Origin: Pristiophorus japonicus
Lineage: Eukaryota
Length of the DNA stretch: 64,000 nt
Reading direction: 5' to 3'
Assembly (NCBI RefSeq): GCF_044704955.1
Contig: NC_091995.1
Coordinates: 19,778,001-19,842,000, forward strand
Shown in pieces: positions 10,180-23,500 of the stretch. The notes under the pieces were generated by a model. The model was not told the DNA's origin, did no database searches, and was given only the letters and a program-made list of their open reading frames with translations. The first letter of the stretch is position 1, and each line of letters begins with the position of its first letter. The translations under genes and the position numbers were made by a program.

Positions 10180-11120
10180 TGAGAGTGATATTGGCCTTGG
10201 AAGAAGAGCAGTGCAGGTTGACCAGAATGATAATGGGGCAAAAAGGGTTAAATTATGAGGACAGGTCACACAGACTAGACTTGTATTCCCTCGAGTGAAG
10301 GAGATTAACGGATGGTCTAATTGAGGTGGTTAAGATGATTAAAGAAGTTGATGGGTTAAATAGAGAGAGAAACTACTTCCTCTGGTGTGGAGAGTCCAGA
10401 ACAAGGGGGAATAACCTTAACATTAGAGCTCGGCCATCCATGGGTGATGTCAGGAAGCACTTCTTCACACAAAGGTTAGTGAGAATCTGGAACTCGCTCA
10501 GCAAAATGCTGTTAAGTCTGGAATCAATCGGAAATGGTAAAACTGAGATTGATAGATTTTTGTTAGAAACATAGAAAATAGGTGCAGGATTAGGCCATTC
10601 GGCCCTTCGAGCCTGCACCAGCATTCAATAAGATCATGGCTGATCATTCACCTCAGTACCCCTTTACTGCTTTCTCTCCATACCCCTTGATCCCTTTAGC
10701 CCTAAGGGCCATATCTAACTCCCTCTTGAATATATCCAATGAACTGGCATCAACAACTCTCTGCGGCAGGGAATTCGACAGGTTAACAACTCTCTGAGTG
10801 AAGAAGTTTCTCCTCATCTCGATCCTAAATGGCCTACCCCTTATCCTAAGACTGTGTCCCCTGGTTCTGGATTTTCCCAACATCGGGAACAATCTACCCG
10901 CATCTAACCTATCCAGTCCCGTCAGAATCTTATACATTTCTATGAGATCCCCTCTCATCCTTCTAAACTCCAGTGTATAAAAGCCCAGTTGATCCAGGGT
11001 AAGGGTATTGAGGCATTTGGAACCAAACCGGTTGATGGAGTTAAGATACAGATCAGCCACGATCTAATAGAAAGGTGGAACAGGTTCGAGGGGCTGAATG
11101 GCCTGCTCCTGTTCCAATGT
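10180..11120. mobile_element. Nested CR1 LINE 3' fragments (a plus-strand copy interrupted by a minus-strand copy at ~10565-10995)
   Basis: RT C-terminal motifs SRTRG..L...FFTQR.V..WNSL on both strands, with a CR1 tail TTTCTATGTTTCTA. Confidence 0.85.
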
Positions 11121-11654
11121 TCCTCTGTCGTAAACCCAACCCCACAGTCAGAAGGACAATTCCAACATGCACTACATTCCCCCTGGCCCACAGAAGATAC
11201 ATTTTAGCCTGTATTTCGATCATAATTATAATAATCTTCAACGCAAAATGTATTTAGGATTTAACTAGGACCAGAGGAAATCATGAAAGGGTTTATGATA
11301 TTGCCAGATAGACAATCCCCCTCTCTGCCCCATTATTAGTATATTGTTGCCTTGGTCACCTTACAATAACTTGAGTGTTTCAGTGCAGACAGATGCAGGC
11401 TCGAGATCCCACGGCTGGGCTGATGTGTGCATTGTCCTTCTCCACAAGGCTTCTGTGCCAAGTCTTCCAGTGGTTCAGGACCTACTGTTCACTGGAATTT
11501 TATTAATGGACCTGACATCAAAGGTGTCCCGGCTGGAGGACCATCGAATGAAAATGTTAACGTGCGGAGAGAATCCATTGTTAATGGTGTGTTGGTCTTC
11601 AGATTTGAGGAGGCGATATTTAAACCCCTTGTGTCAGATCCAGTTGTTGATAAT

Positions 11655-11845
11655 GGGGGGAGCAAAATTAGAACACGGGCGGGGGCACAAAACGGGCGGT
11701 ATCGCATTGGTCACCCGTTATACGCCCGGCCCGATATTCAGTTCCGTTGACGTCAATAGCACTCAATTTTGGGCCTGTGATATAACGGGCACCAAATACA
11801 ATTCCACCTGTTTTGTGTCCCCCCACCTAAGTCCAATTCCACCCC
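11655..11845. mobile_element. Palindromic MITE-like element
   Basis: Imperfect ~95-bp inverted arms (GGCACAAAACGGGCGG...CCCGTTATA / TATAACGGG...CCACCTGTTTTGTGTCC) around a central TTGACGTCAA (11747-11756). Confidence 0.7.
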
Positions 11846-12436
11846 TACGGTCTATTGAACAAAGGGTCAGAGCTGCAGCCGTCACAGTTCCGTTGCTCCT
11901 CTCTGCTTTCTTGGTCTGCACAGACCCGTTGTCTTATTCCGGATGGCAACTCAACCCATTATCACCCGATTCATTTTTATTTCAGAATGTTATGACCGTC
12001 TTATCTGTATTGTGCCGAAAGAGTCTTATTTGCTTCTTGAGTCCTGCCGTGTCAGATTGTACAAACCGCTATTTTAGAGCGTCGCAGTGAATTGGACGAC
12101 CCGTATTGTTCTGTTATGTTGGAAAGTGAATGGTGATCATTTCTACCTTGTACATTGCACAAACCCATCAGGATTTGATATCTCAGGATGCATGGATGGC
12201 TTTAACACCCCGCTCACTGTAATTGGTAAGGACGTATTTATAATAAAATGTTTCTGTATATTCTGTTACACTACCTTGTAGTTTCTGCTGTAGTGATGTA
12301 CTGATTAATAGCACACTGTTCGGCACGTATGACTGAATCGGGGGTAAATAAAACGGGGCAGGATATTCTCTGCCCACAATGTGTTAGCGACGTTATAAAC
12401 ATAAGCGGAAAGATTTTCAACTGAAGTTGGAAAATG

Positions 12437-12870
12437 AGTGGTAGCCTCTCAGTGAGAAGGTCGTGGATTCAAGTCCCACATCAGGGACTTGAGCCCAAAA
12501 TCTAGGCTGGCACTCCAGTGCAGTACTGAGGGAGTGCTGCACTGTCGGAGGTGTCGTCTTTCGGGATGAGATTTAAACTGAGGCCCTGTTTACCTTCTCA
12601 GGTGGTCATAGAAGATCCCATGGCACGATTTCTGTGACGAGTAGGGGACTTCTCCCCGGTGTCCTGGTCAATATTTACACCTCAAACCAACACCTAAAAA
12701 GAGATTATGTGGCCCTTTATCTCTTGCTGTGCACAAATCGACCACCGCGTTTCCTACAATACAACAGTGACTACACTTCAAAAGTAATTCATTGGCTGTA
12801 AAGTGATTTGGGACATCCTGAGTTTGTGAAAGGCGCGATAGAAATGCAAGTCTTTCTCTTTTTATCTATT
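12437..12870 (+). mobile_element. tRNA-derived SINE, DeuSINE/SacSINE1-like
   Basis: B-box-like GGATTCAAGTCCC, Deu-domain-like GCACTGTCGGAGGTGTCGTCTTTCGGGATGAG and an L2-like tail AGGCGCGATAGAAATGCAAGTCTTT. Confidence 0.7.
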
Positions 12871-13470
12871 TCTTTCATTATTTCTTTCTTTTTCTCTCCC
12901 TTTCTCTCTCTCTAAGAGCAACAATGAACCCAACACCCTTTCCCTGGACCATCCTTGTCTTGTGTTCCCAGTGGGGTCCCGCCAGCTGACCACACAAAGT
13001 TCATCCCAACATTCCGGTACTTATCCCAGAACCTCTTTGTGTGGGGCTGGCTCCTGGCTAGGCTTCCCACACTGATACATGGAAATATCAGTCGGTTTGA
13101 CATCACGAATACGGTTTGGTTTCTAAGCCAAGTTTCGGAGCTGTGAAGACAAATCGCCCCAGCGCCACAAATTCAACCGGATAAATTAAACTGAACTCAA
13201 TTTTACCGATTTCTACTGGGTGTTATCCTGAAGGAATATTGCTGCATGTTGGTCCAAAATGTGCATCCATCAGTATTGGAAACAATTTTGTTTCCTTTCA
13301 ACAGAAGGACCACCGATATATGTCCAAGTGGAGATGGGGTGTGACTTGGTGGGGAACTTGGGGGTGGTGGTGTTCCCATGCACCTGCTGCTCTTGTCCTT
13401 CTCGGTGGTGGGGGTCAGGGGTCAGGGGTCAGGGGGGTTCTGTTGTAGAAGGCTTGGTGAGTTGCTGCCT

Positions 13471-13545
13471 GTGGTGGAGGGAGTGGGTGTTTAAGGTGGG
13501 GGAGGGAGTGGGTGTTTAAGGTGGGGGAGGGAGTGGGTGTTTAAG
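13471..13545 (+). repeat. 25-bp G-rich VNTR, 3 copies, within a LINE fragment
   Basis: Unit GTGGGGGAGGGAGTGGGTGTTTAAG. Confidence 0.85.
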
Positions 13546-14319
13546 CTGTTGAATGGGCTGCTGATCAAGCTGACTGCTTTGTCTTCTATTGTGTTCGGAT
13601 ATTTATATATGTGTAAGTTATATTTAAAATTCCTGTTCAAATAAAGTCACTCTTCAAATGCACCCATTGTCATTTGAAAACATATTCTTCCTGTGACCAT
13701 AAATGCTGTTGCCTCAAATCACAAGGGATAGAACTGGTGGTACTGTTGGTTACAGAGGAAACAATTATTTATTTAACCTAAGTGTATGAAATTTTGCTTT
13801 TCATTGTGTGATTGACATTTAGAACTCGCAGCAATTGAAACCTCGTGTTCAGGGAGTTACAATATATTTGGGAATGTTAAAGGACCCCACTTTTGACCTA
13901 TCATTGGATATCAGGACACCTTCATTGCATATTACAGTAAATGGAACATTTTCACCTGTAGGTATTTTCTCAAAACATGACCACCAATGTTGAAACAATG
14001 TAAAGGTGTGTGTGAACTTCCATGGTTGGAGATTGGGAAGCTGTGCAATACCAGGTCAACATCTTGGCAGAACCACACTGCCGGCTGGTGACCAAATGAG
14101 TCCCTTCAGCACCTGGTTATATCTGTGGAGACGACCAAAGACACCAATAGTCAACACGGCACGCTGTCTGTCATCTGCTGGCAGCCTCTCACTTTACCGG
14201 GCTGACACACCCCTTAACCCATGCTTTTCTGTTTTTGTCCGTGCACATCGGGTACAATCTACAAGAACAATCTGATCAACAAATGTAACAAGATCTGGTT
14301 AGGATAAAAGTGCACAGGG

Positions 14320-14905
14320 ACATAGGAACAGGAAGAGGACAGACAGTCTCTCAAGCCTGTTCCATCATTCACTTTGACCATGGCTGATCTGTATCGTAAC
14401 TCCATTTATCTGGTTTAGTTCCATATCCCTTCAGACCCTCACCTAACAAAAATCTGTCAAAGTCAGTTATGACCTTTTCAAACAACAACCAGACTCAACA
14501 CCTTTTTGGGGAAGAGAGTTCCATATTTCCACTACCCTCTGTGTGAAGAGGTGCTTCCTGACATCACCCCTGAACAGCCTGGCTCTAATTTTAATGTTAT
14601 GCCCCTTGTTCTGGAATCCCCCACCAGAGGAAATAATTTCACTCTTATCGACTGTATCAAATACTTTAATCATCTTAAACATCTCAATGATATCAGCCCT
14701 TAATCTTCTATACTCAGCGGAATACAAGCCAAGTCTATGCAACCTGTTTCCATTATTTAACCCTTTTAGCCCAAGTATCATTCTGGTCAATCTGTGCTGC
14801 ACCCTCTCCAAGGCCAACATATCCTTCCTGAGATGTGGGGCCCAGAACTGAGCGCAGTGCTCCAGATGTGGTCTGACCAGAGCCTTATACAACTGGACCA
14901 TTACT
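14320..14905 (-). mobile_element. CR1 LINE 3' fragment
   Basis: ORF 14467-14973 contains LYKALVRPHLEHCAQFWAP...FTQRVVEIWNSLP. Confidence 0.85.
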
Positions 14906-15976
14906 TCACCTTTTAAGGCAAGTAACAGAAATAAATAAAGTACATTGCCCAAGAATTTCCGCTTTGAACGCAATCAGCAATCCGGGCCCAAATTGCGTCT
15001 GTTTTGAGAAGTTTTATTTCTCGAGTTCCTGCTCAAACTCATTTGCATATATTGGAACAAACCAGCGCAACAGACGGAAAGTCCAGGCCCCAAAATGGAC
15101 AAAGGACGTAGAAAACTAAAGCAGCGAGAGGCCTGAGGCAAAGGGGAGAAAATGGCAGAGATGGGAAACAGGAAACATCCGGACAGAAAGGGTGAATTTA
15201 AAACACACTTTTAAACTAAAACACAAGTTGGTAAAAGTACAGCGGACCAGAGAAGGGACAGAACAGGTGAAGAGGGAGGGCACAGCCTACCTCCCCCAGC
15301 TCTGTGGTCTGACCAAGGATTCCCCCAACGCAAACACCAACCTGTCTCCCCCTTCCCTGGGCACCGACAGAACCCGCTCCCCACCCCTCCCCGAATATCT
15401 CTGGAGATATCTGGTCCCTGATCGATTTATACAGCTCTCTGACGGGCATTTTCCGTACTTTGCCCGTGGATCCCAAATACCAGTTTTGCTCTATTTATTT
15501 CCCCACCCAAGAACAAGGCCCAATTATTGGGAGACAGTAAATGAAAGTGCAGTTAAATGAAAGGTGTTGCACACAGTGATGAGTTGTGCGCCCAGCGTCA
15601 TTCTGTCCAAAGTGAACTAACAAAGTGAGTGCGCTGGGTTGTTAGTGAACCATTAACCTTTTTCTCTCCACTTTCCATATTTGCATCTCAGCACTTTGTG
15701 AGCAGGAAGGAGTTGCCTATAGGCTGGAAAAACAAGAAATGTACCACAAATAACAGCATTCCTCACCACCTCACACACTTCACCTTTTTTGTATTGGTTC
15801 ACACCTTGAGCACAACATATTCCCAAGTGTACAGAGTCTGAGTGAGTTTACAGAGAAAAACATAGAAGTTACAACATGGACACAGGCCATTTGACCAAAC
15901 CGTCCATGTCAGCATTTACCCTCCACCAAAACCAGTAATTCTATTCACATTTAACCGTCCTGTTCCCATATCGCAT

Positions 15977-16708
15977 TCGGTAACGATCGGAGGGTCGGGG
16001 GATCGAGGGGGAGGAGGGGTGTCGGTAACGATCGGAGGGTTGGAGGATCGAGGGGGAGGTGAGGTGAGGTATCGGTAACGATTGGAGGGTTGGAGGATCG
16101 AGGGGGAGGAGGGGTGTCGGTAACGATCGGAGGGTCGAGGGATCGAGGGGGAGGAGGGGTGTCGGTAACGATCGGAGGGTCGAGGGATCGAGGGGGAGGA
16201 GGGGTGTCGGTAACGATCGGAGGGTCGGGGGATCGAGGGGGAGGTGAGGTATCGGTAACGATCGGAGGGTTGGAGGATCGAGGGGGAGGAGGGGTGTCGG
16301 TAACGATCGGAGGGTCGAGGGATCGAGGGGGAGGAGGGGTGTCGGTAACGATCGGAGGGTCGGGGGATCGAGGGGGAGGTGAGGTATCGGTAACGATCGG
16401 AGGGTTGGAGGATCGAGGGGGAGGAGGGGTGTCGGTAACGATCGGAGGGTCGGGGGATCGAGGGGGAGGTGGGGTGTCGGTAACGATCGGAGGGTTGGAG
16501 GATCGAGGGGGAGGAGGGGAGTCGGTAACGATCGGAGGGTCGGGGGATCGAGGGGGGAGGAGGGGTGTCGGTAACGATCGGAGGGTCGAGGGATCGAGGG
16601 GGAGGAGGGGTGTCAGTAGCGATCGGAGGGTTGGAGGATGGAGGGGGAGGAGGGGTGTCGGTAATGATTGGAGGGCCAGTGGATCGCGTGGGCAGTGTCG
16701 GTAACGAT
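15977..16708 (+). repeat. 45-bp G/CpG-rich minisatellite
   Basis: Unit TCGGTAACGATCGGAGGGTCGAGGGATCGAGGGGGAGGAGGGGTG, about 16 copies. Confidence 0.95.
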
Positions 16709-17511
16709 TTGGGCCAGAGGAGCAAATCGTGGGTCAGAGCAGCGGTGGGACGATTGGATGGCTGGAGAAGTGAGGGGCGGGGGGGGCGATCGAGGGGAGA
16801 GGTCTGGAATGACCGGGGAGCAGAGGAGAAGCAGGGGTCTGGAGCAGCAGATCGGGGGCAGGAGGAGCGGATTGGTGGCAGGAGGGAGTGTGGGGGGGTA
16901 GGATTTGGAATATCCGGGAGGAGCAGGAGTGGGAGATGGGGGCGCTGGGGGCGGGGTGGGTGGAGGAGGCAGACGACATCGGAGGACGGGAGGAACATGG
17001 GGAGGGGGATCGGAGGCCTCGGGGCTTGTCCGATCGTGGGGAGGGGGTGAGGCAGGGACACTGGATCCAGGAGGTAAGTGTAAAGGTGCTTACCTCCTGG
17101 ATCCAGCAGTACTCACCTTCCATTAGCTGGCGGCTTTCACCAGGCCTGAAAAACCCAACCAGCTGCAGTTACATTTAAAATGGAGGTTAAATCTGAGGCA
17201 CGCCAGCCTCATTATAATATTTAAATGTTGACCCGCCTCCTGGGAGCGGATTGGCTGCCCGGCCTGGCCCCGCCTCCGTTAATACCGGAAGTGGGCGGGT
17301 TGGAGGCGGGTTCTGGTCAGGATTCAGATTTTAACACTTTAACTTCCCACCCGACCACAACCCACCCGTTTTTGGGGTTAAAATTCCCCCCATTGTCACT
17401 CGGTTGTACCCGGCCTGACCTCAGGTGACATTGGGACCATCCGCACCACCTGTGACTGAGACCGACGACCATCAGTTTGCAGCTGGCAGGAGGCAGGGAG
17501 GTGGTGTGAAA

Positions 17512-20500
17512 TTATGGGATGGACAGGTTAGTGACCTTTGACCCACAGATTGTCAGCGGGGCGGAGTTTTTCCTGCCGTCACTCTGTCCCGGACTGAAGA
17601 TGGGAAAGAGTGTCTCAGTGAAAGTGTGGGTGAAGGTGTGGAGATGGGACATGTTGTCCGCATTGTAAAATGTCACCTGTCCCCCCTCATAGTCCAGGAA
17701 CACCCCGATCTTCCGGGGATCCCCACTCGGGGTGAGGGGGGTCAGTGAGGGGGAGGTGAGGGCAACATAGACACTTCCGGGCACTAGCCACACAGTCCAG
17801 TATCCGGCCTCAGGTCTCAGGCTGATTCTCCCTTTCCTGTTGACAGACTCTCGAGCCACTCCCACACCCCACCGTGTCTTGTTCCCCACCTCCACCTCCC
17901 AGTAGTGTCTCCCTGATGTGAATCCCTCCGATCCCAAGACATAGAGACAGGGATCAAACCTCTCCGGGGTGTCAGGGAGCTTCTGCCGTTTGTCTCCGAG
18001 TCTCACACTGGTCCGGTCCTCAGACACGATGAGCCAGGGATTCGCTGTGTTCAGATCCAGAGTCAGAGAGGCTGGAGCTGGGGGAAAGTTACAATAACAC
18101 AGTGAGCGGTTTAGTTTGTTGCTGTGATTTATTCAAACACTTTCCCTTTTTAAAGTGGCCATTCGGGGGATTCCCGGGAACTGCGGTGTGTTTAAAGGGC
18201 TCCAGGTTCTGTTATTGGAATCTGCTCTGACCCGGGGGTTTACACTCCTGGGGTCACTCTGACCTCTGCTGACCACTGCGATCTGACCAGGAACTCTGCG
18301 GCCCCCGGTCCCCTGCTGTTCTCAGCGGCTGCAGAGTGACCCAGGGACCTTCAGAAACACACAGGGAATCGGCACCAGAGGCTACGGCGGGGCTTCCGAA
18401 CGGAAGAGGGGGAAAGGTGCAGGCACCGGAAGGGAAGAGAGAAGGGAAGAGGAAAACGGAAAAGAAGCAAAAGTGGGGGAACTGCTGCAGAGGGGAAGAG
18501 AGAACCCAGAGGAGGAGGGAAATTATATTAAAAAAACAGCATCATTATATCCATAAATCACAATAGTCTCCAACACACAATCCGGCAAAACTAAACTGAT
18601 GGACATAAAAGGACAGGTGGAAGCGGCATTTCGACAGGAGACCCTCCTCATCGCCCTCAGAACACACCAGGTTTATGAGTGAGTGGGTGGTACAAATGCT
18701 GGCCGCCTTCTCCTCAGCCAAGAGCAGAGGACAGTCACACTAATCACCAGCAACCTCCCCATTACTCTGGAGATACACATTCCTGGAGAAGGAGGCCGCT
18801 CCATCCTAATGAAATTTGATGAACAGGAGAACCCAAAGTGATGCTTCAGTTCAGTGTCCGGAATGAGGAGTCCCCACATCAGCATTCCTCACACTCGCCC
18901 CACCTATGGACAGCACAGGAACCAGGAGTGGAGACCCAAACTGTGCTCTTCACTCCAAACAGGACAAGCTCCCAGCGGACACAGGACACGAGGACCAGCA
19001 GCCGGAGCAATCCGAGATCAGTGTGGTGTCCTGGGCCGAGAGGATGTATAGTGGGCCCACACCCCAAAGAGAAGGAATTCACCTTCTACTTGAACCCACA
19101 CAAGACACACTCCAGGATCGGCTACTCCTCCCTGAAGCATCCCGTCTATCCCACCTAACCTGTTGTGATAGGAGGTAAACAGGACTTGCACCAATTATCC
19201 TCCATTCAGTCCTCGGAGCCTCAAACCTTCCTTCCTACATGACTCAGAGTTCCTGCCTACCTCTAGGCGAAGCTCATCTCCTCACATATACCCTAAGGTG
19301 GAAAATGCAGGACTGAACTATTGCACACGGTCACTCTGTGCCCTAATCTCAGACAGTGAGCTCTAACCTGGAAAATCCACACCAACTGACACCCACCCTA
19401 CCAAGATTAACATCCCATAATCCCAGAGCTTTCTCCCCTCCAACTGAACCTCCCACACTCTGTACTGGAGACACAGAACCAGATACTCTGAAATACATCA
19501 CAATCATGTCAATACATAAGAAAAGTAAGGTTTTCCCCACATGGTCACCATACACACTCCTTAATGCTGACTATAAAATATTGGCCAAGGTCCTGACCTC
19601 CAGACTAGACACGGACATCAGTGATCATTTAATCTGGGGTCTGGGAGCCGGTTTAGGCTCCTCTCATCTGGGTTTATAAATCAGGGAAAGGAATATAAGA
19701 GTTTTACCGGGGTTAATGGTGTCTATCATTTCTCTCCACGCTGTGTACTGTAAGGGGCCGTTGAACTTTCCGATCGACAGCTTGTCATCTGCTAATGATA
19801 GTTTATAATAATCCTCACCAGTCCTGTAAATATTAAACAGTTGATGTTATAAATTGACCATAAACACTTTGCTGAGTTATTTTACTAAATTGTGCAGAGT
19901 TTCAGTAAACAGTTTGTCCTACCTCCTCTTCTGACACGTTTCCTCCTGAAATCAATAAAACACAAATCTGAGTTAACGGAGACTGACCGTCTATATCCGG
20001 ACAGCAGAAATTACACCCACATAGTTACAAGATGCTGATAATTCCCAATTCTCACTGCCGGGACCACACAGAAAGAAAGAGGATATATTTGAAAACTGGA
20101 CAGCAGAAATTTCACCAAAAACTATGAAAATCATCTGATAGATAGATCATTCAGTTGGGAAAGTGATTTAGTTGTCAGGTTGTGGAGGTCGGGAGGTGAG
20201 TCACTGAGTTGGGAGTCCATGAGTTCGGCGAGAGGCCTATAAAGGCCGCGAGGTCGGGAGGTGCGTCACTGAGTCGGGAGACCGTGAGTTCGGCGAGAGG
20301 CCTATAAAGGCCGCGAGGTCGGGAGGTGCGTCACTGAGTCGGGAGTCCGTGAGTTCGGCGAGAGGCCTACAAAGGCCGGGAGGTCGGGAGGTGCGTCACT
20401 GAGTCGGGAGACCGTGAGTTCGGCGAGAGGCCTATAAAGGCCGCGAGGTCGGGAGGTGCGTCGCTGAGTCGGGAGTCCGTGAGTTCGGCGAGAGGCCTAT

Positions 20501-23500
20501 AAGGCGGAGCTTGTGCAGCTACTGGGAGAAGGCAACAAAGAAGTGGAAAGAAATAGAAAGATGATGTCACAGCCACGGGGGTAAGTGATTGGCTGGTGAT
20601 TGGTAAGTAGTTTTTCTTTTTTTTCTTCTATATCAGTGAGTAACTTTTAGCACTGTTGTTGCCAATTTATGTGTATCTGAGGGTTAAGGCATGGCAGGAG
20701 AGCTCGGACACGTGTTATGCTCCTCCTGTACTATGTGGGAAATCAGGGACGCCTCTGGTATCCCTGACGACTATGTGTGCGGGAAGTGTATACACCTCCA
20801 GCTCCTGACGCACCGCATTGCAGCACTGGAGCTGCGGGTGAATTCACTCTGGAGCATGCATGATGCTGAGAATGACGTGAATAGCACGTTGAGTGAGTTG
20901 GTCTTACCGCAGGTAAAGGGTACACAGCCAGATAGGGAATGGAAGACCAGCAGGAAGAGCAGTGCAAGGAAGGTAGTGCAGGGGTCCCCTGTGGTCATCC
21001 CCCTGCAAAACAGATACACCGCTTTGAGTACTGTTGGGGGGGATGACTCATTACGGGGGAGCAGCAGCAGCCAAGTTCATGGCACCGTGGCTGGCTCTGC
21101 TGCACAGGAGGGCAGGAAAAAGAGTGGGTGAGCGATAGTGATAGGGGATTCAATTGTAAGGGGAATAGATAGGCGTTTCTGCGGCCGCAACCGAGACTCC
21201 AGGATAGTATGTTGCCTCCCTGGTGCAAGGGTCAAGGATGTCTCGGAGCGGGTGCAGGACATTCTGAAAAGGGAGGGTGAAAAGCCAGTTGTCGTGGTGC
21301 ATATAGGTACCAATGACATAGGTAAAAAATGGGATGAGGTCCTACGAGGTGAATTTAGGGAGCTAGGAGCTAAATTAAAAAGTAGGACCGCAAAAGTAGT
21401 AATCTCAGGATTGCTACCAGTGCCACGTGCTAGTCAGAGTAGGAATTGCAGGATAGCTCAGATGAATACGTGGTTTGAGGAGTGGTACAGAAGTGGGGGA
21501 TTCAAATTCCTGGGACATTGGAACCGGTTCTGGGGGAGGTGGGACCAGTACAAACTGGACGGTCTGCACCTGGGCAGGACCGGAACCAATATCCTAGGGG
21601 GAGTGTTTGCTAGTGCTGTTCATGAGGAGTTAAACTAATATGGCAGGGGGATGGGAACCTATGCAGGGAGACAGAGGGAAATAACAAGGAGGCAGAAGCA
21701 AAATATAGAAAGGAGAATAGTAAAAGTGGAGGGCAGAGAAACCCAAGGCAAAAAACAAAAAGGGCCACATTACAGCAAAATTCTAAAGGGGCAAAGTGTG
21801 TTAAAAAAACAAGCCTGAAGGCTCTGTGCCTCAATGCGAGGCGTATTCAGAATAAGGTGGATGAATTAACTGCGCAAATAGCAATTAACGGATATAATGT
21901 GATTGGCATCACGGAGACATGGCTCCAGGGGGACCAAGGCTGGGAACTCAACATCCAAGGGTATTCAGCATTTAGGAAGGATAGACAGAAAGAATTGCTG
22001 GTTAAAAATGAAATCAATGCAATTGTAAGGAGGGACATTAGCCTGGATGATGTGGAATCGGTATGGGTGGAGCTGCGGAATTCCAAAGGGCAGAAAACGC
22101 TAGTGGGTGTTGTGTCTAGACCACCAAATAGTAGTAGTGAGGTTGGGGACAGCATCAAACAAGAAATAAGGGATGCGTGCAATAAAGGTACAGCAGTAAT
22201 CATGGGCGACTTTAATCTACATATTGATTGGGCTAACCAAACTGGTAGCAATGCGGTGGAGGAGGATTTCCTGGAGTGTATTAGGGATGGTTTCCCAGAC
22301 CAATATGTCGAGGAACCAACCAGGGAGCTGGCCATCCTAGACTGGGTATTGTGTAATGAGAAGGGACTAATAAGCAATCTTGTTGTGTGAGGCCCCTTGG
22401 GGAAAAGTGACCATAATATGGTAGAATTCCTTATTAAGATGGAGAGTGACAAAGTTAATTCGGAAACTAGGGTCCTGAACTTAAGGAAAGGTAACTTCGA
22501 CGGTATGAGGCATGAATTGGCGAGAATAGACTGGCAAATGATACTCAAAGGGTTGACGGTGGATAAGCAATGGCAAACATTTAAAGATCACATGGATGAA
22601 CTTCAGCAAATGTACATCCCTGTCTGGAGTAAAAATAAAACTGGGAAGGTGGCTCAACCATGGCTAACAAAGCAAATTAAGGATAGTGCTAAAGCCAAGG
22701 AAGAGGCATATAAATTGGCTCGAAAAAGCAAAAAAACTGAGGACTGGGAGAAATTTAGAATTCAACAGAGGAGGACTAAGGGTTTAATTAAGAGGGGGAA
22801 ATAGAGTACGAGAGGAAGCTTGCAGGGAATATAAAAACTGACTGCAAAAGCTTCTATAAATGTGTGAAAAGAAAAAGATTAGTAAAGACAAATGTAGGTT
22901 CCTTGCAGTTGGATTCAGGTGAAATTATAATGGGGAATAAAGAAATGGCAGACCAATTGAACCAATACTTCGGTTCTGTCTTCACGAAGGAAGATACAAA
23001 TAACCTTCCGAAGGTACTAGGGGACAGTGGGTCTAGTGAGAAGGAGGAACTGAAGGATATCCTGATTAGGCGGGAAATTGTGTTCGGGAAATTGATGGGA
23101 TTGAAGGCCGACAAATCCCCAGGGCCTGATAGTCTGCATCCCAGAGTGCTCAAGGAAGTGGCCCAAGAAATAGTGGATGCATTGGTGATCATTTTCCAAC
23201 AGTCTATCGACTCTGGATCAGTTCCCATGGACTGGAGGGTAGTTAATGTAACACCACTTTTTAAAAAAGGAGGGAGAGAGAAAACGGGTAATTATAGACT
23301 GGTTAGCTTTACATCAGTAGTGGGGAAAATGTTGGAATCGATCATGAAGGACGAAATAGCAGCGTATTTGGAAAGCGGTGACAGGATCGGACCAAGTCAG
23401 CATGGATTTATGAAAGGGAAATCATGCTTGACGAATCTTCTGCAATTTTTTGAGTATGTAACTAGCAGAGTGGACAAGGGAGAACCAGTGGATGTGGTGT

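Noticed and set aside
11344-12090. 248-aa ORF conserved in both units
   Set aside because: It has a non-ATG start, no recognisable domain and spans a MITE. Conservation only reflects the recent duplication.
15916-17061. Long Pro- or Gly-rich ORFs (also 44371-45488 and 56959-57632)
   Set aside because: These are translations of minisatellites, and the frames are not conserved between paralogues.
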